DNA of 64,000 nt from Clostridiales bacterium (GCA_015055535.1 SVIA01000003.1:16098-80097); one strand, 5' to 3'. Positions 30,442-39,545 are shown, numbered from the stretch's first letter. Numbers and translations are program-made. The notes: generated by a model from the letters alone, not told the origin.

Positions 30442-31287
30442 ATGATTAAATTTGGACCAAGTGGGAATGATGAAAAATTTTATGCTGATGGCTTTAGTAA
30501 AACTTTAGATAGTTTTGCTTGGCTTAAAAATATGGGTTTAGAACTTTTTGAATATTCACTTGGAAATGGTATTACTTTAAAATTAGAAACAGCCGAAAAA
30601 ATGGGAATTGAAGCTGTTAAAAATGATATTGAAGTTAGTGTTCATGCACCATATTTTATAAATTTTGCTAATCCTAGTTTAGAATCAAGACAAAAATCTA
30701 TTAACTATGTATTAAACAGTTTAAAAATATTAAACGCTTTTAAAGGTAAAAAATGTGTAATTCATAGTGGTTCAGTTTTAAAACAAGAAAGAAATGTTGC
30801 GTTAGATGTTTTATATAAAGGCTATGATGCACTTTTAGAAGAAATTTATAAAAACAATTTAAACAATTTTTATATTTGTCCAGAAACAATGGGAAAATAC
30901 ACTCAAATTGGATCTTATGAAGAAATTATAGATTTGTGTACACTAGATAAGTGTTTAATACCAACGCTTGACTTTGGTCATATTAATTGTGTTTTGCAAG
31001 GCAGCTTAAAAACTGAAGATGATTATAGGAAAATTATAGACTATTCTTTAAACAAGTTGGGAAAATTTAAAACTGATAATTTACATATCCATTTTTCAAA
31101 AATTGAATATTCAAAAAGTGGAGAAATAAAACATTTAGATTTGTCTGATGAAACTTATGGCCCAAAATTTGAGCCGCTTGCAAGAGTTTTAAAAGAATAT
31201 AATCTTAATCCAACGGTTATTTGTGAGTCTAAGGGTAAAATGGCAACAGATGCTCTTATACTTAAAAATATATATAAAAATTTATAA
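30442..31287 (+). CDS. AP-endonuclease family 2 / xylose-isomerase-like TIM-barrel protein (Nfo-like)
   Basis: 281 aa, motifs SVHAPYFINFA and IHSGS. Sits where ribF normally follows truB. Confidence 0.55.
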   Translation: MIKFGPSGNDEKFYADGFSKTLDSFAWLKNMGLELFEYSLGNGITLKLETAEKMGIEAVKNDIEVSVHAPYFINFANPSLESRQKSINYVLNSLKILNAFKGKKCVIHSGSVLKQERNVALDVLYKGYDALLEEIYKNNLNNFYICPETMGKYTQIGSYEEIIDLCTLDKCLIPTLDFGHINCVLQGSLKTEDDYRKIIDYSLNKLGKFKTDNLHIHFSKIEYSKSGEIKHLDLSDETYGPKFEPLARVLKEYNLNPTVICESKGKMATDALILKNIYKNL

Positions 31288-31302
31288 TAGGAGGAAAATA
31301 AA

Positions 31303-31857
31303 ATGCTTACAGCAGATGTTAAAGTAGGAACAACTTTTGAATGGGAGGGAAAATTATATCAAGCTGTTGAATGGCAACATGTTTGTCAACCAAGATTAGC
31401 TGCTTTCATTCGTGGAAAAATTAAAAACATTGAAACAGGTCAAGTTATAGAAAGAAACTTTAAAACTAATGAAAAAGTTGATGCAGTTCAATTAGAAAGA
31501 AAAGAAATGCAATATTTATATAACGATGGCGAAATCTTTTATTTTATGGATCCAGAAAGTTATGACCAAATTCCTGTAAATGCTAGTGATTGTGGAAAAG
31601 TTACAGATTATTTAATGGATGGCTTAATGTGTACTATTTCTTTTGCAAATGGCAAATTAATTTCAGTTGAACCACCTTTATTTGTTGAACTAGAAATTGT
31701 AGAGTGTGATCCTGCAGTTGCTGGAGATACTGCAAAAAGTGCTTATAAAACAGCTAAAGTTGAAACAGGTAAAGAATTAAAAGTTCCACTATTTGTTAAT
31801 AACCATGATCGTATTAGAATTGATACTAGAACTGGCGAATATATGGAAAGATTATAA
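31303..31857 (+). CDS. efp: Elongation factor P
   Basis: Full-length EF-P pattern (184 aa). Confidence 0.95.
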   Translation: MLTADVKVGTTFEWEGKLYQAVEWQHVCQPRLAAFIRGKIKNIETGQVIERNFKTNEKVDAVQLERKEMQYLYNDGEIFYFMDPESYDQIPVNASDCGKVTDYLMDGLMCTISFANGKLISVEPPLFVELEIVECDPAVAGDTAKSAYKTAKVETGKELKVPLFVNNHDRIRIDTRTGEYMERL

Positions 31858-31870
31858 TTTTAAAAATGTA

Positions 31871-31906
31871 AAAAACACAAGAATTTTGTATTCTTGTGTT
31901 TTTTTA
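31871..31906 (+). terminator. Rho-independent terminator after efp
   Basis: AACACAAGAAT-TTTGT-ATTCTTGTGTT followed by TTTTT. Confidence 0.75.
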
Positions 31907-31961
31907 TGCTTATATAGAATAATTAAAAAATTATATTAATATTTTATATAAAAGGAGTAAT

Positions 31962-32876
31962 ATGTTAGAAAATATTTTACCTACAAGCATATATGAAATA
32001 CTAGAAAAACATTTAAATTATTCTAAAATTTACGAGTTAAGATTGAGACTTGATAAACCTATTGTAGTAAATTATTCAAGTAAATTTTATTATTTAAGTT
32101 TAGAAGGATTAACAAATTTAGAAGAAAACGCAATAATTGGTACAAAACATTTAATAGATAGTATTGTTCTAAAGGCTAGTAATTATTCTATTTATTCAAT
32201 TAATGAAGATATTAAAAGAGGATATATAACTTTAAATAATGGTATAAGAATTGGTCTTGCTGGGGAAGTTGTTAGTGAAAATGAACTTGTAAAAACAATA
32301 AAAGATTTTAACGGTTTAAATATTAGAATACCTCATGAAATAAAGAATTGTAGCTTAAATATTTTAAATTATATTGTTGATAATGGACAAGTTTTTAATA
32401 CTTTAATTATTTCTAGCCCTTGTGGTGGAAAAACAACATTTATTCGAGATATTTGTTATCAAATTTCTAATAAAAATTATCCTTTAAACTTATTGCTTTT
32501 AGATGAAAGGAATGAAATTAGTGCAACTTATAAAGGGAAAAATACTATGAATATTGGAAAATTTACCGATGTTATTGTTTATGGAAATAAAAAACTAGGG
32601 TTTGAAAATGGAATACGTAGTATGTCTCCAAATGTCATTATAACCGATGAGATTGCAAATAAAGAGGATGTTGATGCTATAAATTATGCAGTAAATTGTG
32701 GTGTAAGTATTGTAGCAACGACTCATGCAAAAGATTTGGAAGATATTAAAGCAAAAAAATTGTTTGCAGATGTGCTATATAAAAAGATTTTTAAAAGATA
32801 TATAGTTTTGAGTCAAAAAAACGGCGCAGGAACGATCGAAGGCGTTTTTGATGAAAACTTAATAAGGTTATTATGA
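31962..32876 (+). CDS. spoIIIAA: Stage III sporulation protein AA (ATPase)
   Basis: Walker A SSPCGGKTT and Walker B-like VIITDEI. First gene of an 8-gene spoIIIA operon. Confidence 0.87.
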   Translation: MLENILPTSIYEILEKHLNYSKIYELRLRLDKPIVVNYSSKFYYLSLEGLTNLEENAIIGTKHLIDSIVLKASNYSIYSINEDIKRGYITLNNGIRIGLAGEVVSENELVKTIKDFNGLNIRIPHEIKNCSLNILNYIVDNGQVFNTLIISSPCGGKTTFIRDICYQISNKNYPLNLLLLDERNEISATYKGKNTMNIGKFTDVIVYGNKKLGFENGIRSMSPNVIITDEIANKEDVDAINYAVNCGVSIVATTHAKDLEDIKAKKLFADVLYKKIFKRYIVLSQKNGAGTIEGVFDENLIRLL

Positions 32877-33349
32877 AATTATTGATTTTAGGGCTAATTT
32901 TTGCTTCAATTAGCTTTATTGGTTATAAATTTGGTGACACATATAAAGAAAAAGAGGCTTTTTATAAGGAGTTTTTAAGTTTTTTATTATATTTAAAATC
33001 GCAAATAAATTTTCTTAAAACGGATATTTTAGAAATTTTAAACACATATCAAACTAAAAATAAAAATTTAAATAATTTACTTTTAAATTATAGATATGAT
33101 ATTTTGAATGATAAAAATATTGATATTGAGTTAAATATTTTGAAAGAAGATGAAAAAAATGATTTTATAAATTTTTTTAGCACGCTAGGAAAAAGTGATT
33201 TATTTACTCAAAACGAATTTCTTGAAAATAATATTCAATTTTTTAGTGATAAATTAGAGGAAAAAAAATCGTTAAATTTAAGATATGGGGTAATGTATAA
33301 AAAATTAGGCATTTTATTTGCATTTTTTGTTTGCATAGTATTAATTTAA
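32873..33349 (+). CDS. spoIIIAB: Stage III sporulation protein AB
   Basis: 158 aa with N- and C-terminal TM helices, position in the operon. Confidence 0.7.
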   Translation: MKLLILGLIFASISFIGYKFGDTYKEKEAFYKEFLSFLLYLKSQINFLKTDILEILNTYQTKNKNLNNLLLNYRYDILNDKNIDIELNILKEDEKNDFINFFSTLGKSDLFTQNEFLENNIQFFSDKLEEKKSLNLRYGVMYKKLGILFAFFVCIVLI

Positions 33350-33353
33350 ATAT

Positions 33354-33381
33354 TGCATAGTACTATGCATAGTACTATGCA
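33354..33381. repeat. Perfect 28-bp palindrome TGCATAGTACTATGCATAGTACTATGCA (12-nt unit x2.3), copy 1
   Basis: Read directly; it is its own reverse complement. Starts 5 nt after the spoIIIAB stop. A degenerate half-site ATACTGTGCG follows (33384-93). Confidence 0.95.
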
Positions 33382-33407
33382 ATATACTGTGCGAAATGGA
33401 GGTTTGG

Positions 33408-33605
33408 GTGGAAGTAGAAATCATTTTTAAAATTGCGGGCATTGGGGTTTTAACGGCTGTTGTTAATCAGGTTTTAAAGTATGCTGGGAAAGAAGAACTT
33501 GCAACTTTAACTACGCTTGCAGGACTTATTGTTGTTCTTTTAATGGTTGTTAATTTAATTAGTGACCTTTTTGCTACTGTTAAAAGTTTATTTACTTTAT
33601 TTTAG
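33408..33605 (+). CDS. spoIIIAC: Stage III sporulation protein AC
   Basis: IIFKIAGIGVLTAVV... two-TM mini-protein. GTG 33408 lies 5 nt after GGAGG (33398-402). The track's ATG 33396 has no RBS. Confidence 0.8.
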   Translation: MEVEIIFKIAGIGVLTAVVNQVLKYAGKEELATLTTLAGLIVVLLMVVNLISDLFATVKSLFTLF

Positions 33606-33613
33606 GGGGCAAA

Positions 33614-34000
33614 ATGGAAATTCTTAAAATTATTTTAATTGGCGTTATAACATGTGTGGCAACAATTGTTTTGAAAAATATTAAGCCTGAATTAAGTATT
33701 TTGGTTTCTTTGGCGGGTGGTGTTGTAATTTTGGTTATGGTAATCAACAGTTTGACTGAAATAATAACTAATTTTTCCGGTATTGTAAATAAAACTAACG
33801 TTAATACTCAGCTTTTTTCTAGTGTTTTAAAAATTGTGGGAGTTGGTTATATTACAGAATTTGGTGCAAATATATGCCAAGATACAGGAAATTCTTCTAT
33901 TGCTGATAAGGTTTTGCTGGCTGGAAAAGTTATAATTCTTTGTTTTGCTTTGCCTATTGTTAATAGTATGTTAAATGTAATTATAGGATTAATTCAATGA
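33614..34000 (+). CDS. spoIIIAD: Stage III sporulation protein AD
   Basis: 128-aa polytopic membrane protein, position in the operon. Confidence 0.8.
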   Translation: MEILKIILIGVITCVATIVLKNIKPELSILVSLAGGVVILVMVINSLTEIITNFSGIVNKTNVNTQLFSSVLKIVGVGYITEFGANICQDTGNSSIADKVLLAGKVIILCFALPIVNSMLNVIIGLIQ

Positions 34001-35184
34001 GAAAAGCTTTTTGTGTTTTGTTTGTTTTTGTAGCATTTTTATTGCCATGTATAAGCTTTGAAAGGGAAGATTGTAAGATTTATGCTATAAATGTATCTAT
34101 TGAAGAAGATTTACAAAATCAAACTAAAGAAGATTTGGAAATTTTTGATTTTTCAGAGCTTGATAATACTCTTAATAATATAGAACAATCTTCTCAATTT
34201 GGCGCAACTAGCTTTGTTGAAAAGGTTAAGCAACTTTTAAATGGGGAATTTTCTGGAGATATTGGAGAATTAATTAAAAATATTATACAAGTTTTTTTTG
34301 CGGATTTTAAAAAACTAATTCCTCTTTTAGCGTCTATTTTGTCTATAGCCATTTTATCTAATTTGCTTAGTCAGTTTAAGGTTAAAAGTAATAAAAATTT
34401 AAGTGAAGTAGTTCATTTTGTATGTTATATGTCAATAATAATCATAATTGGAGCGAGTATTACAAATTTAATTAATGTCGCGACTTCTGCAATATCGTCT
34501 ATGAAAAATCAAATGGAAATAATTTTTCCGATTGTTTTAACTCTTATGGCATCTGTGGGTAGTACTATAAGTGTTGGTATTTATCAACCTGTTTTAGCAA
34601 TGCTTAGTGGAGTTATTGTAAATATTTTTAGCTATGTTATTTTACCTATTTTTATAATAAGTTTTGTTATTTCTGTTGTTGGGAATTTGTCTAACAATGT
34701 AAAATTAAATAAATTTTCCTCTTTATTGTCAGATGTTTTTAAATGGATAATTGGTGTTATTTTTACGGTTTTTACGGGTGTTTTGGCAATTAGAGGAATT
34801 AGTGCGGGTAGTTTTGATAGTGTTTCTATAAGAACAACAAAATATGCGATTAAAAGTTATATTCCTATAGTAGGCGGATATATTTCTGACGGCTTTAATT
34901 TAATTATGGCAAGTTCAATATTAATTAAAAACGCGGTCGGTACAGCTAGTTTATTTTTGATTTTCTTATCAATTTTATCGCCTATAATAACAATTTTAAT
35001 TTTTAAATGGGCGCTTCATTTATTATCAGCCTTTTTAGAACCGTTATTTGATTCTAAAATTTCCAATTTTTTATATTCTACATCAAAAGCAATTAATATG
35101 TTGATTGCGTCTATTTTGTGTGTTGCGTTAATGTATATTATTTCTATGGGGCTATTAATGACAACAGGAAATGTGTGGGGGTAA
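33997..35184 (+). CDS. spoIIIAE: Stage III sporulation protein AE
   Basis: 395 aa, signal/TM then a multi-TM core, position in the operon. Confidence 0.85.
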   Translation: MRKAFCVLFVFVAFLLPCISFEREDCKIYAINVSIEEDLQNQTKEDLEIFDFSELDNTLNNIEQSSQFGATSFVEKVKQLLNGEFSGDIGELIKNIIQVFFADFKKLIPLLASILSIAILSNLLSQFKVKSNKNLSEVVHFVCYMSIIIIIGASITNLINVATSAISSMKNQMEIIFPIVLTLMASVGSTISVGIYQPVLAMLSGVIVNIFSYVILPIFIISFVISVVGNLSNNVKLNKFSSLLSDVFKWIIGVIFTVFTGVLAIRGISAGSFDSVSIRTTKYAIKSYIPIVGGYISDGFNLIMASSILIKNAVGTASLFLIFLSILSPIITILIFKWALHLLSAFLEPLFDSKISNFLYSTSKAINMLIASILCVALMYIISMGLLMTTGNVWG

Positions 35185-35186
35185 AT

Positions 35187-35681
35187 ATGATTAGTGGAAT
35201 AACGAGCTGGATTTTGTCTATTGTTGGAGTTGTGATTATTGGTGTTTTGGTTGATATTATTCTTCCAGAAGGAGAAATGCAAAAATATATAAAAGCGGTT
35301 TTTTCTGTTATTGTAATAGTTATAATGATAACTCCTATTTTGCAAATTGATTTTAATAAAATTGATTTTGATAAATTTTTATTTAACGAAACAAGTATAG
35401 AATTAAATCAAAATTATATTAATAATTATAATGATAAATACAAAGAAAATGTTGAAGAAATTTTGAAAAACAGCTTAAAAAGTAATGGATTTAGTAATGT
35501 TGATGTCGAAATATATTTAAATAAGTCGAATACAAATTTTGAAATCAATAAAGTTGTTCTTAATATTAAAAATTTAGTAATTAATATAAATTCTGTGCAT
35601 ATAGATAAATATAAAGAAATGAAAACAATTGTAGTAGCTTGCTTGAATATTGATGAAAACAAGGTGGTGTTTAATGAGTGA
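35187..35681 (+). CDS. spoIIIAF: Stage III sporulation protein AF
   Basis: MISGITSWILSIVGVVIIGVLVDIILPEGEMQKYIK matches the SpoIIIAF N-terminal pattern. ATG 35187 lies just after the spoIIIAE stop. Confidence 0.78.
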   Translation: MISGITSWILSIVGVVIIGVLVDIILPEGEMQKYIKAVFSVIVIVIMITPILQIDFNKIDFDKFLFNETSIELNQNYINNYNDKYKENVEEILKNSLKSNGFSNVDVEIYLNKSNTNFEINKVVLNIKNLVININSVHIDKYKEMKTIVVACLNIDENKVVFNE

Positions 35682-36267
35682 GGATAATAAGAAAAATACG
35701 GTTTTTATGGACAACTTGTTTAAACTGCCATTTTTAAAAAAAATTAAAAATATTAAGCATATTGAAATTTATATTTGCATAATATTTATAGGACTACTTT
35801 TGTTGATTTACTTTTATGGATTTGGTGGTAAAAAAGCTAATGATCAATTAAAAGAAACAGCATCTAGTGGAGAAATAGCTTTTACTTCATCAAGTTTATA
35901 TGCAAAAGAACTAGAGGAGAAACTTGAACAGGTTATAGGAAATTTAAAAGGGGTTGGAATGGCTAAAGTAATGGTTAGTGTAAAATCTGGCGGTGAAATA
36001 GTTATAGCTAACTCTATTACTGAAGAAACGGTAGTATCTACTGATGGCGAAAGTCAAAATGTGACTATAGTTAAAACTCCTATTATAGTTACAGAAAACG
36101 GAGAGAGCAAACCAATTATTTTAATGGAGATTTTGCCAGAAATTCAAGGAGTTATAGTTGTTGCTGAGGGTGCTGATGATACAATGGTAAAATTAAATAT
36201 TTATCAAGCAGTTCAAGCAATAATAACCGTGCCTAGTGTAAATATACAGGTTTTTGCGGGAGAATAA
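35674..36267 (+). CDS. spoIIIAG: Stage III sporulation protein AG
   Basis: TM helix, then the ring-forming domain (KVMVSVKSGGE...IQGVIVVAEGADD). ATG 35674 after AAGGTGG, overlaps the spoIIIAF stop. Confidence 0.8.
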   Translation: MSEDNKKNTVFMDNLFKLPFLKKIKNIKHIEIYICIIFIGLLLLIYFYGFGGKKANDQLKETASSGEIAFTSSSLYAKELEEKLEQVIGNLKGVGMAKVMVSVKSGGEIVIANSITEETVVSTDGESQNVTIVKTPIIVTENGESKPIILMEILPEIQGVIVVAEGADDTMVKLNIYQAVQAIITVPSVNIQVFAGE

Positions 36268-36279
36268 AAGGAGAGTGTT

Positions 36280-36756
36280 ATGAGTAAAAAGAAAAAAATT
36301 ATAATTTTAAGTGTTATGATGCTTTTGTTGGTTGTTACTGGGGTATTAAATATTGTTTTAAATGACAACATGAGTATGCAAACATCATCTTCAACAACTG
36401 TAAGTAGTGGAAATTTTTTCGTAACTTATAGGGCTGATAGACAATCTACAAGAGATCAAGAGTTGCTATATTATGATGCAATTATATCTAGTGAAACTTC
36501 AAGTGTAGATGCTATAAATTTGGCAGAAAACAAAAAATTAGATTTAATAGAAAATATGGAAACAGAACTTGTTACAGAGGGTTTAATAAAAGCACAAGGG
36601 TTTGAAGATTGTATTGTAACAACTTCTGCTAGCTGTGTAAATGTTATTGTGAAATCTGGTGAATTAACAAGCGGAGAAGTTGCTAAAATTGTTAATATTG
36701 TTAAAAATCAGACTAATGCAAGCATTGATAATATCAAAATTATTCCAGTTGAATAA
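36280..36756 (+). CDS. spoIIIAH: Stage III sporulation protein AH
   Basis: N-terminal TM, FFVTYRADRQSTRDQ motif, YscJ/FliF-like C-terminus. Confidence 0.78.
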   Translation: MSKKKKIIILSVMMLLLVVTGVLNIVLNDNMSMQTSSSTTVSSGNFFVTYRADRQSTRDQELLYYDAIISSETSSVDAINLAENKKLDLIENMETELVTEGLIKAQGFEDCIVTTSASCVNVIVKSGELTSGEVAKIVNIVKNQTNASIDNIKIIPVE

Positions 36757-36758
36757 AG

Positions 36759-36784
36759 AAAAGTGGAGCAAATCCACTTTTTTA
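36759..36784 (+). terminator. Rho-independent terminator after spoIIIAH
   Basis: AAGTGGA-GCAAA-TCCACTT followed by TTTT. Confidence 0.7.
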
Positions 36785-36858
36785 ATTGACAAGATTTAAG
36801 TATTTTTATTATAATTTAATTAATAATATATATATTTGTAAGCAAGTAAGGAGAAATT

Positions 36859-37236
36859 ATGAATTATCAAATAAGTGCAGACAGTTCAAATAAAAATAAA
36901 GGAAAAGTAAATTGTAATAAAAATGTTTTATTATCTATTATAAATTTGGCAGCCAAAGAAATATCTGGGGTTGATAGTCTTTGTGCTAATTTTAGCTCTG
37001 GAATTAAAAGATTTTTTTCTAATAATATGAGTGAAGGTGTTAAAATTACTTATGAAAACGATGGTATTACTGTAGATATATATTTAAATGTAGTTTATGG
37101 TTATAACATTACGGACGTTGCCCATAGAGTTCAGGAAAATGTTAAAAACGGAATATCTTCTATGATAGATGTTAAAATTAATAATATTAATGTTCATGTT
37201 ATGGGTGTAGAGTTTGTAGGGGAAGCAAATGAGTAG
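36859..37236 (+). CDS. Asp23/Gls24-family alkaline shock protein
   Basis: 125 aa, pattern SIINLAAKEISGV...ITVDIYLNVVYG. Precedes nusB like B. subtilis yqhY. Confidence 0.8.
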   Translation: MNYQISADSSNKNKGKVNCNKNVLLSIINLAAKEISGVDSLCANFSSGIKRFFSNNMSEGVKITYENDGITVDIYLNVVYGYNITDVAHRVQENVKNGISSMIDVKINNINVHVMGVEFVGEANE

Positions 37237-37612
37237 AATTGGTGCAAGAGAAAATTTAATGCAACTTGTTTTTGGGTTGAATTTTAAGGATGTATTGGAA
37301 GAAAGTGAAGATTTATATTTAAATAAAAATCTAACAGAGGAAGATAAAGAATATATTTTTTCTTCTTTAAATGGAATTAAAAACAATTATAACGATATTA
37401 TTTCTTTGATAGAAGATAATTTAGTTAAATATAATTTGGATAGAATTTGTAAAACGGACCTAGCGATTTTAATAGTTAGTATTTATGAAATTAAATATCT
37501 TAACATGCCAAATAAAGTTGTTATTAATGAAGCGGTAGAATTAGCAAAAAAATATTCTACAGAAAACAGTTATAAATTTGTAAATGGATTGCTTGCAAGG
37601 TTGGTAAATTAA
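37229..37612 (+). CDS. nusB: Transcription antitermination factor NusB
   Basis: 127 aa, RIGARENLMQLVF N-terminus, C-terminal NEAVELAKKYS..SYKFVNGLL. Confidence 0.88.
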   Translation: MSRIGARENLMQLVFGLNFKDVLEESEDLYLNKNLTEEDKEYIFSSLNGIKNNYNDIISLIEDNLVKYNLDRICKTDLAILIVSIYEIKYLNMPNKVVINEAVELAKKYSTENSYKFVNGLLARLVN

Positions 37613-38778
37613 TGCATTTTAATAATCTTAGCGTAGTTGAATTTAATAATATTATAAAAAACATTTTTGATAGCGAAGAAATGCTTTTTAACTGTGCAGT
37701 TGTTGGAGAAATATCTAGTTTTAAAATTACAAATAATATTGCTTATTTTACTATTAAAGATGAGTATGCTGTGTTAAATTGCGTTTTGTTTAATGCAGAT
37801 AAAGAGTATAAAGTGGGCGAAAAAGTTAAGGTTGTAGGTAGGCCCAATTTTTATGTAAAAGGTGGAAAATTTAGTTTTAACGCCAGTTTTTTAATTTCAT
37901 TTGGAGAAGGTGAAATTTTTAGGCGTTTTAATGAATTGAAAGAACAATTAAAACTTGAGGGATTTTTTTTAAACAAAAAAGAGTTGCCTGAAGATGTTAA
38001 AAATATTGGTGTTATTACATCTAGTACGGGAGCGGTAATCAAAGATATTATAAGTGTTACAAAAAGAAGAAATCCAAATATAAATCTATATGTTTATCCG
38101 GTAAAAGTTCAGGGAAATAATAGTGAAAATGAAATAGTAAATGGTATAAATTTTTTTAACAATTTTAATGTAGATATTTTGATTGTTGCTAGAGGCGGTG
38201 GAAGTAATGAGGATCTATCGGCTTTTAATACTGAAAAAGTTGCGAGAGCTTGTTTTGTGTGTCAGAAACCAATAATTTCGGCTGTTGGGCATGAAACAGA
38301 CTACACATTAATAGATTTAGTAGCAGATATTCGAGCTTCAACGCCTAGTGTTGCTGCTGAAATAGCGGTTAAAGAAAGTAAAAACAAATTGCAAGAGTTA
38401 AAGCTTTTATATAAAGAAATTTCAAGATTAGTAAACAACAACCTTTCTTTGTTGAAAGAAAGAGTTGAGGAATTAAATGAAAATATTAATAGTTTAATGG
38501 GGTCTAAATTAATAAAAAAACAAATAGAATTAAATAAAATTAAAGCTGATTTAAAGTACGCTATTAATACAAATGTTAATAAAATTGAGCATTTGTATGA
38601 AAGTGTAAAGAATAAAATTGAGTATTTAAATCCTGAAATTATTTATCAAAAAGGTTTTGTAAAATTAATAAAAAAAGATAAAAAGATTACAAGTATTAAA
38701 GATATTTGTGTAAATGATGAGTTAGATTTAATCTTGCTAGACGGAAAAATAAAAACAAAAGTTTTAAAGGTGGAATAA
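37612..38778 (+). CDS. xseA: Exodeoxyribonuclease VII large subunit
   Basis: OB fold N-terminus, GVITSSTGAVIKD, VARGGGSNEDL, GHETD motifs. Confidence 0.92.
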   Translation: MHFNNLSVVEFNNIIKNIFDSEEMLFNCAVVGEISSFKITNNIAYFTIKDEYAVLNCVLFNADKEYKVGEKVKVVGRPNFYVKGGKFSFNASFLISFGEGEIFRRFNELKEQLKLEGFFLNKKELPEDVKNIGVITSSTGAVIKDIISVTKRRNPNINLYVYPVKVQGNNSENEIVNGINFFNNFNVDILIVARGGGSNEDLSAFNTEKVARACFVCQKPIISAVGHETDYTLIDLVADIRASTPSVAAEIAVKESKNKLQELKLLYKEISRLVNNNLSLLKERVEELNENINSLMGSKLIKKQIELNKIKADLKYAINTNVNKIEHLYESVKNKIEYLNPEIIYQKGFVKLIKKDKKITSIKDICVNDELDLILLDGKIKTKVLKVE

Positions 38779-38780
38779 TT

Positions 38781-38984
38781 ATGAGTTATGAAGAAAACAT
38801 TAAAAGACTACAAGAAATTGTGGAATTATTAGAAGGTGATAATCAAAGTTTAGACAATAATGTTAAACTGTATGAAGAAGCTGTTGAATTGATAAAAAAT
38901 AGTTATGAAGAAATAAAACTTGGTAAAGGAAAAATTGTAAAAATAACAGATAAACTTGAAGAGATTGACTTAGATTTGGATTAA
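38781..38984 (+). CDS. xseB: Exodeoxyribonuclease VII small subunit
   Basis: 67 aa, SYEENIKRLQEIVELLE pattern. Confidence 0.88.
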   Translation: MSYEENIKRLQEIVELLEGDNQSLDNNVKLYEEAVELIKNSYEEIKLGKGKIVKITDKLEEIDLDLD

Positions 38985-38997
38985 TTATATTTAATAC

Positions 38998-39026
38998 TTG
39001 CAAAAATATTGAAAATATGATATAAT
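38998..39026 (+). promoter_or_regulatory. Near-consensus sigma-A promoter driving the large ncRNA
   Basis: TTGCAA (38998-39003), exactly 17 nt, extended -10 TGaTATAAT (39018-39026). Predicted TSS ~39033-39035. Confidence 0.65.
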
Positions 39027-39033
39027 TAAAATG

Positions 39034-39545
39034 TTAGAGAAACTGTATCCTAGTCGCAAAAACTTTAATGAAAACGAATAATGGCGTTAGAGGGCATATC
39101 GATGAAGTTTCTGGTGTTTGCTTTGGTTGCCCAAATCGGGGTGGATGCTGGGAGTTAAGATTTTTGGGTGTGTTATAATGGCATATAATTTAAGCCCAAT
39201 TATCGTGGAGACCTAAAAGGTGGTATTTTTAATATATTACTAATTAGGATTAAACCTGCTATGTGGTGAATAAAAAGCTATGTACAGAGTAGCCTGTTTT
39301 GAGTGAATGGTGTGGATTATGTATGAAACAATGTTTGCAAAACAAACTAGTTAAATTATTTTTGTGTTAAGGAAAACTTCTAGGCAGAATATCTTTTGGG
39401 GATTATAGTGTAATCTAAGTGGCAATTCGGTATCAGTATTGGCGCAAGACTTAAACAGAAATGGCATATTCGGTGACGGTATGTGTTTTGTGGGGAAATC
39501 CGACCGAACCTAAGTTGCAAGGTTTACTCAAAAGATTTTCTCTAA
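39034..39545 (+). ncRNA. Large (~510 nt) structured non-coding RNA; candidate compact OLE (ornate, large, extremophilic) RNA
   Basis: No ORF in the supplied six-frame track on either strand. Visibly G+C-enriched relative to the flanks. Terminal helix TTAGAGAAA (39034-42) / TTTCTCTAA (39537-45) stacks on ATCTTTTG (39391-98) / CAAAAGAT (39529-36). Internal helices GGGCA (39092-96) / TGCCC (39128-32) and TTCGGT (39469-74) / ACCGAA (39503-08). Own promoter. Position nusB-xseA-xseB-[RNA]-small TM protein-...-argR-recN matches the published OLE/oapA context. Confidence is high that this is a structured RNA and lower that it is OLE. Confidence 0.65.
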
